DNA from: Antedon mediterranea
Taxonomy: Eukaryota; Animalia; Echinodermata
Assembly (NCBI RefSeq): GCF_964355755.1
Contig: NC_092679.1
Coordinates: 1,642,201 to 1,706,200 of the forward strand
Direction of reading: 5' to 3'
Length of the DNA: 64,000 nucleotides
Positions 1-13,400 of the stretch are shown in pieces. The notes below the pieces were generated by a model. That model did not search any database and was not told where the DNA came from. It worked only from the letters and a program-made list of their open reading frames with translations. Every line of letters starts with the position of its first letter. Within the stretch, counting starts at the first letter, position 1. The translations under genes and the position numbers were made by a program.

Positions 1-649
1 CAATAGAACAACATCATTCCCCAGGGCTTACAACACCTGACCATAGGGTATTTCAATCCAGTATATTTTTCAACATGTATTATTTTAAGGCCCTGTATTA
101 ACAGACGCAACGTATGTGAGATTCTTACAAATTATATAGCTATTAACTTTCCCAATATGGGAATTAATAAATACCTCCCCTGAAAAAAAGTTACGAAAAT
201 AATCAGAAAGCACGATGTTCTGACATTTATTGATGTCCAACCCAATGATTGTGAATATTAGCTCTTATGACATCTTCGATTCAATATTTGGTCAGCAATT
301 AATATTACCGTATTAGGTTATCTGCTACTTGGAAAATTTCTCTACAAAAAAAGTAATAAATATATTAAAATCCGCTGAAATATGTTTCTGCTATTAAAAA
401 TTAAAATGTAGTTACTTGTGGATCACGTATAGTATTACTATTAGTAATGTAGTGTAGTGACCTTAAAATGCATTACTCGATGTATGCAGCTTTTCAAACT
501 AAAATTAACGTTTCTTTGAGGTTAAACTGGCTTATACCAAACGAACTTAAGCCTATGAATCATTCAAAACAATACATCATTATAAGAAAAACGTGATCAG
601 CCTGAATGCTCAATATTTAAATTTTTATCAACTTTTTTTACGATGGATA

Positions 650-770
650 AAACGTCGCCCTCTATTGTCATGACCATAGCTACCATTCCGGTTACTTCAA
701 AAACAAGTTTTCGTCGTGAATTTAGTTTTATTTATAGTTTGTTAAATCTTAATGAATAGAACCATTTCCA
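650..770 (+). promoter_or_regulatory. Putative promoter / non-coding first exon of the CCDC175-like gene
   Basis: Strong donor CCA|GTAAGT at 770/771 upstream of the ATG exon (acceptor 1447-1448). GTCGCCCTCTA (CTCF-like, 654-664) and a degenerate X-box-like ATGACCATAGCTAC (670-683). Local CpG enrichment. Confidence 0.45.
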
Positions 771-1159
771 GTAAGTTTAATAATGTAGTCATAGTGAACT
801 GCAATAACAGGATAGCTATTCACTAGCAGCTGGGCAGTTAAGTGGTGGTAGGCTAGGTAGGCCTGCCCTAGGCCTAGAAAAATAGGATCGGAGGATCGGA
901 GAGGAGGAGGAGCAGACCAGGTGGTGCCACACACAGTCACAGTGTCAGTAGTTACTACTAGGCCTAGGCTAACTATACCCTCACATTCCGCTCCTAGCTA
1001 AGCATGAGCCTCATGTCTTAGTTGTATTGGTGGTGGGTGGTTCTCTATCGGTGCGGTAGGCCTATGAGTATGCCATTGAATGGACTAATATTAATAACAA
1101 TAATATAACAAGGTTTACCACAAGTTAGGGCTAAATAGAAATATAGTGTGCGCGATGCC

Positions 1160-1255
1160 ATGATGGGAGGATTTGGGAGCAAACGTCATGGTGCGTACAT
1201 ACGTTTTGTTGCCTGTTTTTACGCGCCGTGACGTTTGCTCTCAAATTCCTATCAT
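1160..1255. mobile_element. Small palindromic MITE-like element
   Basis: ~36 bp imperfect inverted arms ATGATGGGAGGATTTGGGAGCAAACGTCATGGTGCGTA / TACGCGCCGTGACGTTTGCTCTCAAATTCCTATCAT with a short spacer. Confidence 0.55.
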
Positions 1256-1452
1256 GCATTGTGCAATGACATTCCCTCGCGAAATCAAGCTATTTACAAT
1301 AAACCTTATATGAATAAAACAGTTTGTCAGACAATCAACACTACCGCAGCATGGTGGATGACATGGATGGCCAATTTCAACCACTTGTTGTAGAGCTGCT
1401 CATAATCATAACCATACTTGACAACATACTTGTTATTATTCCTATAAGGTTC

Positions 1453-4400
1453 ATGATGACAGCAGTAACAAAGGCACCCAATGTGAACAGCACTATTGAA
1501 CATCTACAAGAGTTAGGTAGGATAACCTCTCAATAACAAGAATAATAATAATGATATAGAATGATCATATAATATTAATAATGACAAGTTGATATTATAC
1601 ATAGCCTACTACTAAAAAGTGAACTTTTAAAAAGTATATATAATTTATAAAAAATATATTTCATGCATAGTAGTTGAGAGATGAGACATATACATGTGTT
1701 TAATTTCTTTTTTATTTCAAAAAAATTATTTAGGTGATCGTATGAGAACATCTGAATATACATTCCAAGATGCAGATGTGGATTTACTAAATGCTATCTC
1801 ACAATCAATAAAAGATTTGGTAAATATTTAATTTAAAGTTTATTTCTTGAATAAAACACAAGTTTTAATTAATTTAAGGGAAATTGGTAACTGATAATAG
1901 AAACTAATAACATAACCACTATACCAAGTTGTTTTCACACTCTGCGTAAACATTCATAGGATTAGTAGGCATTGGTTCACACAGAACCTAATCCGAATTT
2001 TCTCACTTAAATATTATGAAACAAACAGATAAAGGATGATCTAAAGCTCTGTCTACACTATCAAAAAGTGTGATGTGCCCAAACCTGGCAGTGATATTCC
2101 CAATATGGTAGTGATATGATGTCATCATGTCCATTATATGGGTACATCATATTTATATCACATACAACTTGATAGTGTAGACAGAGCTTTATTGTGTTAT
2201 GAACAATATAATATATTTGTAATGAAACAAGTTTTTTATTCACTGATTCTGCAACAGGATATAGAGCGTGTCCAGGTGCACAACACGCTTGAAATCGAGA
2301 CAATAGCCGCTAGTTTGCTAAGGAACAAGCTTCAATTCTTCCCATCAAGTATCAAGAGAGAGATCAAAGACGCTGTGGAGTCAGCTAGGTCTTCAAATGC
2401 GGAAGAGTTGAAAAATCTACAGGTATTATATTTACTTGTTTTTGTTACGTTTTGAACAAAACATTTATTACCACCAAGCTGTGCACTATTATATATATAC
2501 TATATATATCACTACTCCATAGACAAGTCTTTACCCCGATGACCTGATCTTGTCTAACCTCTGTCTACACTATTAAGTGTGATGTGCCTAAATATGGATT
2601 GGTAGTGATGTGCCTAAATATGGTAGTGATATGATGTCATTGTGTCCATATATGAGCACATCATCATTTTTTTGTCACATATATTTGATAGTGTAGACAG
2701 AGCTTAAGTCTCGGCTACTAGTTCAGAAACAAAGTGTAGTGTATTTGATTCATTTTCAGGATGAACTTACCGCTTTAAATGATAGCCTCATTTATCTTGA
2801 AGACAAACAGAAGAATTTAAGCAAAGAAAATGCCATCCTACAGTAAGTGTAAATTGGTTTGAATTTCTTACAAGTTAGATTCATATTAAAAACATTGCAT
2901 TACATAAGTAGTTATTATTAGTGATCTGTGGCATATATATGGCAACACATCATAAAGTATTTAACATCAGAAAATCATGACTGTAGTTTCAGTTCTAATT
3001 TCATCTGAAAACGGATTGGCAAAGAGAAGAATTTACTTGGTAGATAACTAGCTAGGTGTAATGTGAATTAACTTTAATATCATAATATACTATAGAGTAA
3101 ATAACTTTATGTGACAAAAAAATGTGATGTGCACAAAAAATGTAGTGTGCCCATATATTGACATGATGATGTTATATCACTACCATATTAGGGCATATCA
3201 CTACCATATTTGGGCACATCACTACCATATTTGGGCACATCACATATTTTGTCAGCTAGTTTGATGTGTAGACAGAGCTTAACATGTTTTGTGTTTATAA
3301 TATTCTTCTACAATAGTCCTGAACGTGATATGGTACGGCAACAACATGAAGAGGTCATCTCACAGCTTAACCAGCGTATGGCGGACAAAGCAAGGTATAA
3401 TTGTTGCCCTATCTCTGGTTTCATCATTCAATCATAATTAAAACTTTAATGTTGTCAGTTTGAAAGAGGCATTTTAATTTTTTTTAAACTAAAAATAGAA
3501 TCCAATGGTAACCGGACAGGGAATAATTTCGCCAGTGTAGCATAGCAAAAAGCTATACAAAACAACGTTATTGCTACACATTTGTACAATTGTGTAGCAA
3601 AAAATACAATACAAAACTATGTTTCTCGAATCAAAAATTAGTTTGATTAGCAATATTGCTAAACAGAATTTTGAAATGAAATTTTTCCCTAAACCACATT
3701 ACAGTGTTATTAGTAATTACCTGTTCAAGTAGGTCTTAGCTGTGTACATTACAGTGTTATTGTTAGCAAATACTTGTTTAATGTTATAATAATGTAATTT
3801 TTTCTTTGCTGCGTATTTCACGCATGTTGTTTTTGTATTTATTTTGTTTCACTTATTTGGACGCACTTTTATCATCAAAGTGTGCCACTGTTGTAAAAGT
3901 GAAAATAAATAGATTATTAAATTATAAAGGCCTGACTTGTCCACAATGTAAAAAAAATGTGTTTATTTATAGCAAGCAAATCACATTGAATGAAACCAGA
4001 GATCAGCTGAGAGACACCAATCAGAAGGTTAGTGACAATCATTGTGATATTGTCATCAATTTATAATTGACACTACTCACGACAATATAGCATAGTCAAT
4101 CTGTACATGCCCACAAAGTATTCCCTGTTGTGATTGTCATTACAATATTTTCCTGCTTGAAATATTGATGGTATTGGTGTAATTGAAAGTCTGTATTGTT
4201 TGATGTGCAGTATTATTATTATTACAAATTCATGGTTTATTTGATATAGTGCCCTCTATTGTTTTGGTTTACTTTCAAACCATGTACTGTAAGTATAATA
4301 ATTATGTCTAGTGGTTTTATTATTTCAAATCAATTAATATTCAGAATCACTGGGTGGTTTAGATTTTCTTCTATGCTTGTTAATAGTAGGCTGTATGCTT

Positions 4401-7400
4401 ACCTTCCAATCCCAAGGTCCGGGGTTCAATCCTGACCTAGTGCCAGGGTTCAATCCTGACCTAGTGCCAGGGTTGTAACTCACAACTGCACAAACAAGAG
4501 ACTTAGTTTATAAGCGCGATAAATTATATAGTTTAGTTAGTAGTATAATTTATCCATCCTGTAATTGGCGAGTTACTCGCTGTTGGATGCGTATAAAATA
4601 AAAAAATTAAAAAATTGATGTCCAAATATGAGTATTTTAACATTCATTTTAATTGGATAAAAAAAACTGTACAAAGCCAGACCCCCATTGTGTTAAAAAT
4701 GATTTAGCAAGGTCATAGAAATAGTGAGATAAGGGTAAGATCTGATCTGATCAAGGCCGTAGAATTAGTAATATAAGGGTAACTAAGGCTTTGTACTGGT
4801 CTATAATTCTTTATTGTCTCATTAAAGTTTGTTTCACAGGCTGTGTCTGTTTTTCATAGATTTTATGATATCTGGAAAAAAAATATGTAATGATATAATG
4901 GTGGAGATTTATATATGAATATGTGGTTGTAAATTTTATTTATTTCATTATAATGTCATTATAATCATCTTTTACATCATCATCATTACCATCATCATTT
5001 GCATCTTTTTTCATTATCAACAGCATAATCATTATCTTCATCCTTCTTACATCATGCATCATTTTCACTATCAATGTCATACTGCCACAATATAAAACAC
5101 TTTTTTTTTTCATATGCATCCAACAGTGAGTAATTCACCAATTACAGGATGGATAAACTATTTTATATTTTATCATGCTTAACTAAGTCTCATTTGAGGC
5201 TTAGGTAGTGTAGTTGAAAGAGTTGTGAGTTACAACACTGCACAAGGTAAGGATTGAACCCTGGACCTTAGGATTGGAAGGAAAGCATGTTAATCACCAA
5301 GCTCCACTACAACAGAAAATATCTGATGATATTCTGACAAATGCTACAGGTTAAAAATGTTGACTTTTGATTGTATAACAGATTGTAGACTTAGAGACAG
5401 GAATTATCATTCTGAAGGAGGATATGATACAGGAAAGAGCTGATGCAAGACAGGAGAAAAAACGACTCAAACAAGCTGTGGTAAGTCACTGCCATTCAGA
5501 CTACTTGGTTATCGCATCCGCCGTCTTGTGACCAAACTATGGCCACACTTTTTTTGTGTTATATGTAGTACGTTTGTTTTTGCAGATTTCTTTATTTGTT
5601 CAAGACATTTTAATTATTTTAATTTCAATGTGCTATTTTTTCTATCCAAATTTTTGTCGCTGAAACTAAGTTTGCCAAAATAACCAATTTAGTCCATCAT
5701 CTAATCACTAAAACTATGTTAGTCATTCACTAAAACCAAGTTAACCATTCACTAAAACCAAGTTAGCCAGCCACTAAAACAAAGTTAGCCAGTAACTAAA
5801 ACCAATTTAGCCAGTCACAAAACCAAGTTAGCCAGCCACTAAAACCAAGTTAGTCAATCACTAAAACCAAGTTAGTCAATCACTAAAACCAAGTTAGCCA
5901 GTCACTAAAACCAAGTTAGCCAGCCACTACAACCAAGTATACCCAGTCACTAAAACCAAGTTAGCCAGCCACTAAAACCAAGTTAGCCAGTAACTAAAAC
6001 CAATTTAGCCAGTCACTAAAACCAAGTTAGCCAGTCACTAAAACCAAATTAGCCAGTCACTAAAACCAAATTAACCAGTCACAAAAACCAAGTTAGCCAG
6101 CCACTAAAACCAAGTTAGCCAGTAACTAAAACCAATTTAGCCAGTCACTAAAACCAAGTTAATCAATCACTAAAACCAAGTTAGCAGCTACTAAAACCAA
6201 GTTAGTCAGTCACTAAAACTAAGTTAGCCAGCCACTACAACCAAGTTAGTCAGTCACTAAAACCAAGTTTGCCAGTAACTAAAACCAATTTAGCCAGTCA
6301 CTAAAACCAAGTTAGTCAATCACTAAAACCAAGTTAGCAGCTACTAAAACCAAGTTAGCCAGTCACTAAAACTAAGTTAGCCAGTCACTAAAACCAAGTT
6401 AGCCAGTCACTAAAAGTTGCTTGCATCTGTGTAGTGAGTCAGCTGACATCAGCTGATGCAATAAACTATGTTTATAAAGTTGACAACTTACTATTATACC
6501 TTAGTTACTAGCATATTTCACAACCTGAAATGAAAATGATTATAGTATATGTATATGTATCATCGTTGTCTTGTTCAACTTATCTACTGACCTGTACAGA
6601 GCCTCAAATTTATGTCAACTCATTAAACTGATATAAAATGTGTTACTAAGTTACTAAGGTGAACAGCAGATGATATTATTTTATTACCATCTACAAAGCA
6701 TTGGATTTTGAAAAAGGATTTCTTTTATACAGTATAGTAGGTTTATTTAGGAATGTGATTTATCATAAATTGACATTAGGCAGGTGGGTAATACTAAATA
6801 GTATTACGTTTTATTCTACCATAGATAAACTTGATTCAGCCAACTGTAAAACTGTATTAAGAATCCTCCCGATTTTAAATTCATAAATACAATTTTCTTT
6901 ATTCAAAATACAAGAAAATAAATAAGTACAAATATAAATAATTTACTTTTTAAAGTTTTTGTTTCTGTAGTTACAGTCTGACCTAACGTCACCTTTGAAA
7001 TTAGTTTTTTCAATTTACTTGTACCAACTGTTAACATATTATAGCTAAGGTATAATATAATATTTTGTCGTGGCTATGTCAATTAGTCTTACATTCATCT
7101 GAATGATGGATGACCTAAGGCAAAAATATTTAAAGCACCTTGATTGGTCCAATCATTGATCAAGGGCTTCTTTTGTCTAGTGCCTGCCTTGACCAGAGGA
7201 GAGTCAATACCTCAATACTAGATGAAGGGGCTGCCATAAGAGTCAGCAGTGCTGATTTCAAATGCCTAATGGGACCCCAGCTCCATATATACAGCACCCG
7301 ATATCCCCAGGTGGTCTCTCCCATCCAAGCTCTAACCCCGACTCACTGTTGCTTAACTTCTGTGATCTGACGAGAACCGGTGTTTCAACGCCTTTTAGGG

Positions 7401-10400
7401 ACTATAGTTTGAAATCAACTAATTGATAGTGAGATTTATTAATAGTCATAAAATGACAGTAAAGTTTGACACTTGATTTATTAGTTTGTCATTTTTTATG
7501 AGTCTTTTATGCTTTGAATGAATATTAACATCAACATCAACAAATCAATAATATTAATAGATTCAGATTTTTTCCCCAAAAAGTTTGCATAATAATATTC
7601 AGTATACATACAGTAATATTACCACTTCTTCACACCACCTAATAATAGCTTGGGATTTTCTAAGACCTAGAAACTAGTCATGTCATGTTAATTCATTGTG
7701 CGCATGCAGAGAAGATAAGATGTACTTCATTGCTCAATTCCTTGACAAAGTTTTGGCAAATTCTAAGTCCAGGGAATAATTTAATGAATGCATATGTTTG
7801 TAGGTCTTCGCAATGAAAAGCTCCTTAGTATGTTAGTTTGGAGTAATCTAGGCAATTTTTGCACAGCCTGCACACAGCTCTCTTAAGGTGCCCTCCAACG
7901 CTGAGTAGTTTCATTGGACTGCTGGGGTCTGAGCTCTGGGGCGTCTAGATTTAGCCAGTGAGCGCTCATAGCCGTTATGCCACAGCCCACACATTATTAT
8001 GTAAATCTGAGCGCAGTCATAAAAAATTGAAGAGAATCTATAGGTTTTTTAGGGTTTACGCACAAAAGCACTAACATTATCTATAATAATAATGGTTTTA
8101 ATAAATAAAGTCAGCAGTTAAACCTTTCTTGAGATTCTCAATACCTTAAAGAGTATTCTGAAAAGTGTAACTTGACTGTATGTAGTATGATTCATTTTTA
8201 GCATGACACGACAAAAAGGACAAAGAAACAAAAAGAAGCAAATATTGCCAAGAAAAAGGAATTGGACCAACTTCATGACCAGGTCTTGATCAGTGAGAAT
8301 CAGTTGTCAGATATTCGAAGGGTATAAACTACTTAAATGCTCATCTATGTTTTGTCATATTGTTAAGAAAAGTATATATTCTAAAAAAAATCAAACTACT
8401 TCGTGTAAAGCTCTGTCTACACTCAAACTTTATGTGATGTGCCCATGGACATGATGATGTCATATCACTATTATATTAATTTGAGCATATCACTACCATT
8501 TTTGGGCACATCATACTTTTTTATCAACTAGTTTGATAGTGTAGACAGACCTTTATACCAATTAATTCATTTTGCAATAATTGATGACTTGATTTTTTTT
8601 TAATTTCACTTTTGTGTATATTAATCATTCATGCAAGATTTTGAAGAATAACTTTTATGTAACATTGAAACAAAAAAATAAATAAAAGCTACTAACATTT
8701 AATTTGATTTTTTTGAGAGCACACATATGTATCTATACCATTCTATTTCAATCAATATAATATTTTATGAGGAGATTATTTTTTATGTTTTAAAATGGGT
8801 TTTGTTTTATTTCAAAGACGGTACGGCGCTATGAAACATCTAGGTTACGTTTGGAGGGTCAGGAAGAAGAGTTAACAATTCAATTAAACAAAGAACTTAA
8901 AGAAAATGAAGACCTGGTCCAAAAGGGGTAAATGATGACGACGATGATGATGATGATGATGATGATGATTCATCTTCTAATCATGACATCATTTTTTTAT
9001 CAATACAACATTGAAATTCATGCTCATGGTATAATTTTATCATCATGACATTATCTCATTGTCTATTTTATCTTCATTTTATCTCTTTTTTTTTAGGGAG
9101 GATCTTGCTAATATGCAACTGAAATTAACAAACAAATATGAAAGAAATAAACTTGAGCATAATGAAAACATGAAACAGGTTCGTCCGTCTGTCTGTGATT
9201 TCTTTCTTTCATTCATTCATTTCAGAATTGTATATTTACTATTTTAGCTTCCTGAGTACAATAATGTATTTATTTTGTTTATAGCTTCAATCAGAAATCG
9301 CCCAGACAAAAGTTGGATATGACAAGTTAGATGAGGAATGGAAAGACTTGCGAGTAGGTGAGTTACCAGATTGAGAAGAATAAGAAAATAACAAGTTTTG
9401 AATATTAAATGCACATGTGTGCTCTCAATGTGTACTATAGTAGAGCTATGCTAGAGTGATGTGTATGCAATGGGTCATATACCCCTTTCACACCAAAACT
9501 CCGGAGTGATCTCCGGAGACACCGCAGGGTTTATGACCATTCAAAACGTCGAGAAACTCCGGAGATACCCCTTTCACACCAACCTAGCAACACCGGGATT
9601 TATAAAATAAAATTGTAAATGTCGCCCTCTATTTTGTTTGTTTACATAGCGACGATCATTAGAATCATTTTAATTATATTTTAAATTTAATAATTACTTT
9701 CAAAAGTCTCAGAAGTAATATAATGTTTTATTGATACTACTTATTATTTACTAGACCCGCTATATATTTTATACAAATATTTAAAGTATTTTGAAATAAA
9801 ACTAAAGCAATGAGTGATCGTGTGAGGATGACCTTTTGACCCGAACACTCCGGAGTTTGATGTTGGTACCTTTCACACCAAAACACCAGAGTGTCCCCGC
9901 AGTTTGCTCTCCGGAGAATGTTCAGCTGTTCAACCCCGCAGTTTTAAACTCCGGAGTTGCTTGATTTTACCTTTCACACCAAACAGCGGGGCGTCAACTC
10001 TGGAGTGTCTCCGGAGTTTTGCTTTTGGTGAGAAAGGGGTAATATTTACCTATCATATCATAGTATACCTGTGTGACCCAACAATGTCTTAATAGTGTAT
10101 GTATCTCCTGAATAGCAGTTTCTTGTAGTGTTAAAACATATATGGCGTATAATCCTTTTCAAAGTGTCTCCTTATATTTTAATAGTGATGTCCCTTGAAC
10201 AGAGGTATCCCACAGAAATAGTAGTTCAATTTATATTCAGATAATTGTCCCCTTGACAATTGACAATATACGCTAGGCCATATGAGGCCTAACGGTCCTG
10301 TTTTGTTTACACTCCATCACGGTCGAAAATCGCTTCACACACGACGCTCGAATCACAAGTCGCCAAAACGGAAAACCCCTATTTGGTATCGGCTGCCATA

Positions 10401-13400
10401 AACAAGCTTATTAAATTTCTTTGGTACATTTCTATCTAACGAACATTGTATACTTGCTTTTCTGCTTGATGAATTCTTGTTGTTTAAAATAAGATATTCT
10501 TCGTCGTACACGTCGCAACACCTTGTGAGGGCGCTCGCATGGTGGTTTCAGAGGAGGAATGTCCATGATTGAATACACAGTACATGTGCTGTTTTTGACG
10601 ATCTGCATTTTTGGATCCTCGGGTATAAGCCCACCCCCCAAACTTGACGTGATTTCATGTTCAAGGGGGGTGGGCTTATACCCGCGTCAGTACGGTATAT
10701 ATACTTTTTATTCAAATGAAACAATTAGATGAAAACCATCAGTATGTTGAATATGTACCTTGAACAGGGTATCCCACAAAAATAGTAGATCAAGTTAACA
10801 TTACTAACACATTTTATTATGTACCAGCAAGACTGCTGCATTCTGTCATGTTTTGTTTTCAATCACACTCTTGGCTGGTGAGAAGATATAAAACAAGTCA
10901 TTATGCCAAATTTGTGTCACATTTTTCTCGTCAAGATGTAAACATCTAAATAAAACTATTATGATTTATTGTATTATCTTTATTCTTATGTTATCTTTAT
11001 TTCTTATAACCAGATGAAGCGACTGCCTCTGATATTCAAAAGAGAGAAGGCGTCAAAGTTAAAGAATTAGATGATGCGTGAGTTTGATTAAATTAATTTT
11101 AAATTAAATTAATGTCTGTATGAATGAATATCAAGAATATTGAATTAAATTACATACAATATTTTAAATATTAGTCAAGCTACACTTGAAAGGGAACACC
11201 ATCGAGATACAATAAACACATTGTTTGTATCACATGAAACCTCCCTAATAGGGGAGTCCCATAAGAGACATTTTAAAGCCTTGTCTACACTACCAAACTG
11301 TAAAAAAAAAATAGACTGTACCTTTATAATGGACATGGTGATGTCATATCACTACTGGATTTGGGCATATAAATATGAAATTTTTGGGCACATCACACTT
11401 TTGTTGTTAAACTAGTTTGATAGTATAGACAGAGCTTTATGTAGTTAATTTTAATGCATGTATAAAAACCAATCATCCCTTCTGAATGACCAAATAAAGG
11501 TTTTTTTTTCAGATTACAAAGCAAAAAATCTGAATTAATGACGAAAGCAAATGAGACGGCAAGAATGAAGCAAGAAAATGACGTAATGGAAATGCAAATG
11601 AAACAATTAGATGAAAACCATCAGTAAGTTGGGAAAATGATGACACTAGTGTAAAGATACTTTCACATCGCGCCTCGATTCGGTCCAGTGCCGTGAGGAA
11701 AATATCGCGAGTGTTGAGTGTGCTTTCACATCGAGCACAAATTTGATTTTGGTCAAGCGAGGTCATTCATGCTCACTGCTAATTGGATGTAAGTAAAAAA
11801 TTGTACGATTTTTAAATAAAAAATGGCCTCTTGATCCATTTTCCACGATATTTTTCTCGGGGCACTGGAGCGAATCTGGCGCAATGTGAAAGCACCTTAA
11901 GCCTTTAGATAGAATGTCACTCTCTAGACTTTCAAATCCTGCCAATTTATACCTCTTTAATTTAAAAATACCTTTTGTGCCACAGGATTACAATTCAACT
12001 GCTACAGAAGCAAATCGAGGATTTTCGAAATCAACTTGCGAAAGAAAGAAAAGAACGCTTTGACCTTCAGGAAAAACGGGATGCACTCAGTCGTGAAGTG
12101 GAAGATTTTCGCTCAGGTTTTAACAAATTTATGCATAATATCAACGAAAGAATGGACAAAGCAAAGACCGATCACAGAGATCTGAAAAATGAGGTGCTTA
12201 TACATACAATTGTCAAAACACCCTTAGAGTTGCCCAAAATGACCCAGTTTTCAAAATATTTATTTTAACGATAACAATTTAATTAGGCTTTATATAAAGT
12301 TATGGTTTTGGGAAAGTATTACAAATATCCCCTGAAAAAAATAATTTTTGAAATTTTTTTTTTTATTACTCTTCGTTTTTCTATGTTTTTGGGGGACAAT
12401 ACATCTTTAAACTTGGATTGATTTTCATTGTTAAGTTTTATTTTATTTACAGGCGATTCAGCTTAAGAAAAATATTGGACAGGATGAAATAGATATGGAA
12501 ACACTGGGATCAGAATTACATACATCAGAGAATGCATTTGGGAAGATGAAGTCACAACTTGAAAATGTTATTGGTCACTTACAGGTAAGATTCTTATCAA
12601 AACAAGTCTCGATTTTATTGACCATTCAAATTATTGACCATTCCAATTACTGACCATTCCAATTACTGAAATAAGAAAAAACTCATTAATTTAAATTTAT
12701 AATTCAGGGTGAAATTGAAGAACTAGAAAACCAACTAGCAGAAAAGATACATACTATTGAAGAAAGGACACCAGCATATGAGAAACTGGAAAATACATAT
12801 ATGGAAGAAGTTAAAGAATATGAAGATAAGAAGAAGAAAATTGTCAGTAAGTACAAACAACTATATAGAAGATCATCATCATTTATGTGCACCTCCAACA
12901 CATTTAAAAAAAATGTTATTTATCAGTTTTGGCACAAAATAGAATTTATAGAAACATTGAAACTACTCAGCTTGTAAAATAATGTGTTTGTAATTGAAGG
13001 TGTTACTGTGATCATTTTCATACTAGCAAACAGGCCATCCTGTCTGTATGTGCTTCATATTATAACAATACTCTTTAAAATAATAACCTTTGAACTTTGG
13101 TGTTCCATTGGTGTTTGTTTGTTTGTAGTTAAGTAATGTGCTAACGGAGTCTTTTTAATTGTTTTTGAAGCTGTATTCTGTAAATGAAATAAAAAAACTT
13201 TAAAAAAAACAACAAATAATCAAAATTTTTAGCTAAAAAAACATATATGGTCTACTACTACTACTGGTCTTTATTTAAAGCTTGTACTTTTACTGAAGTT
13301 GTTGCAGTTCTTAGAAAATCAGTAAGAAAAAAGGAGAAATTATTCAGAAAAACAATAATTACATTAAAAGAAAATGGCAAAAAAATGTTAAATGTATAAT

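Noticed and set aside
5240-5310. tRNA-Gly gene
   Set aside because: No acceptor stem pairing; followed by a SINE body and poly-A, with a second diverged copy nearby.
5680-6415. Regular repeat array as CRISPR
   Set aside because: Head-to-tail 22-bp units with no unique spacers, in a eukaryotic intron, no cas genes.
7290-7390. Functional 5S rRNA gene
   Set aside because: 5' end missing, several substitutions and indels, no T-run terminator, continues into a repeat body.
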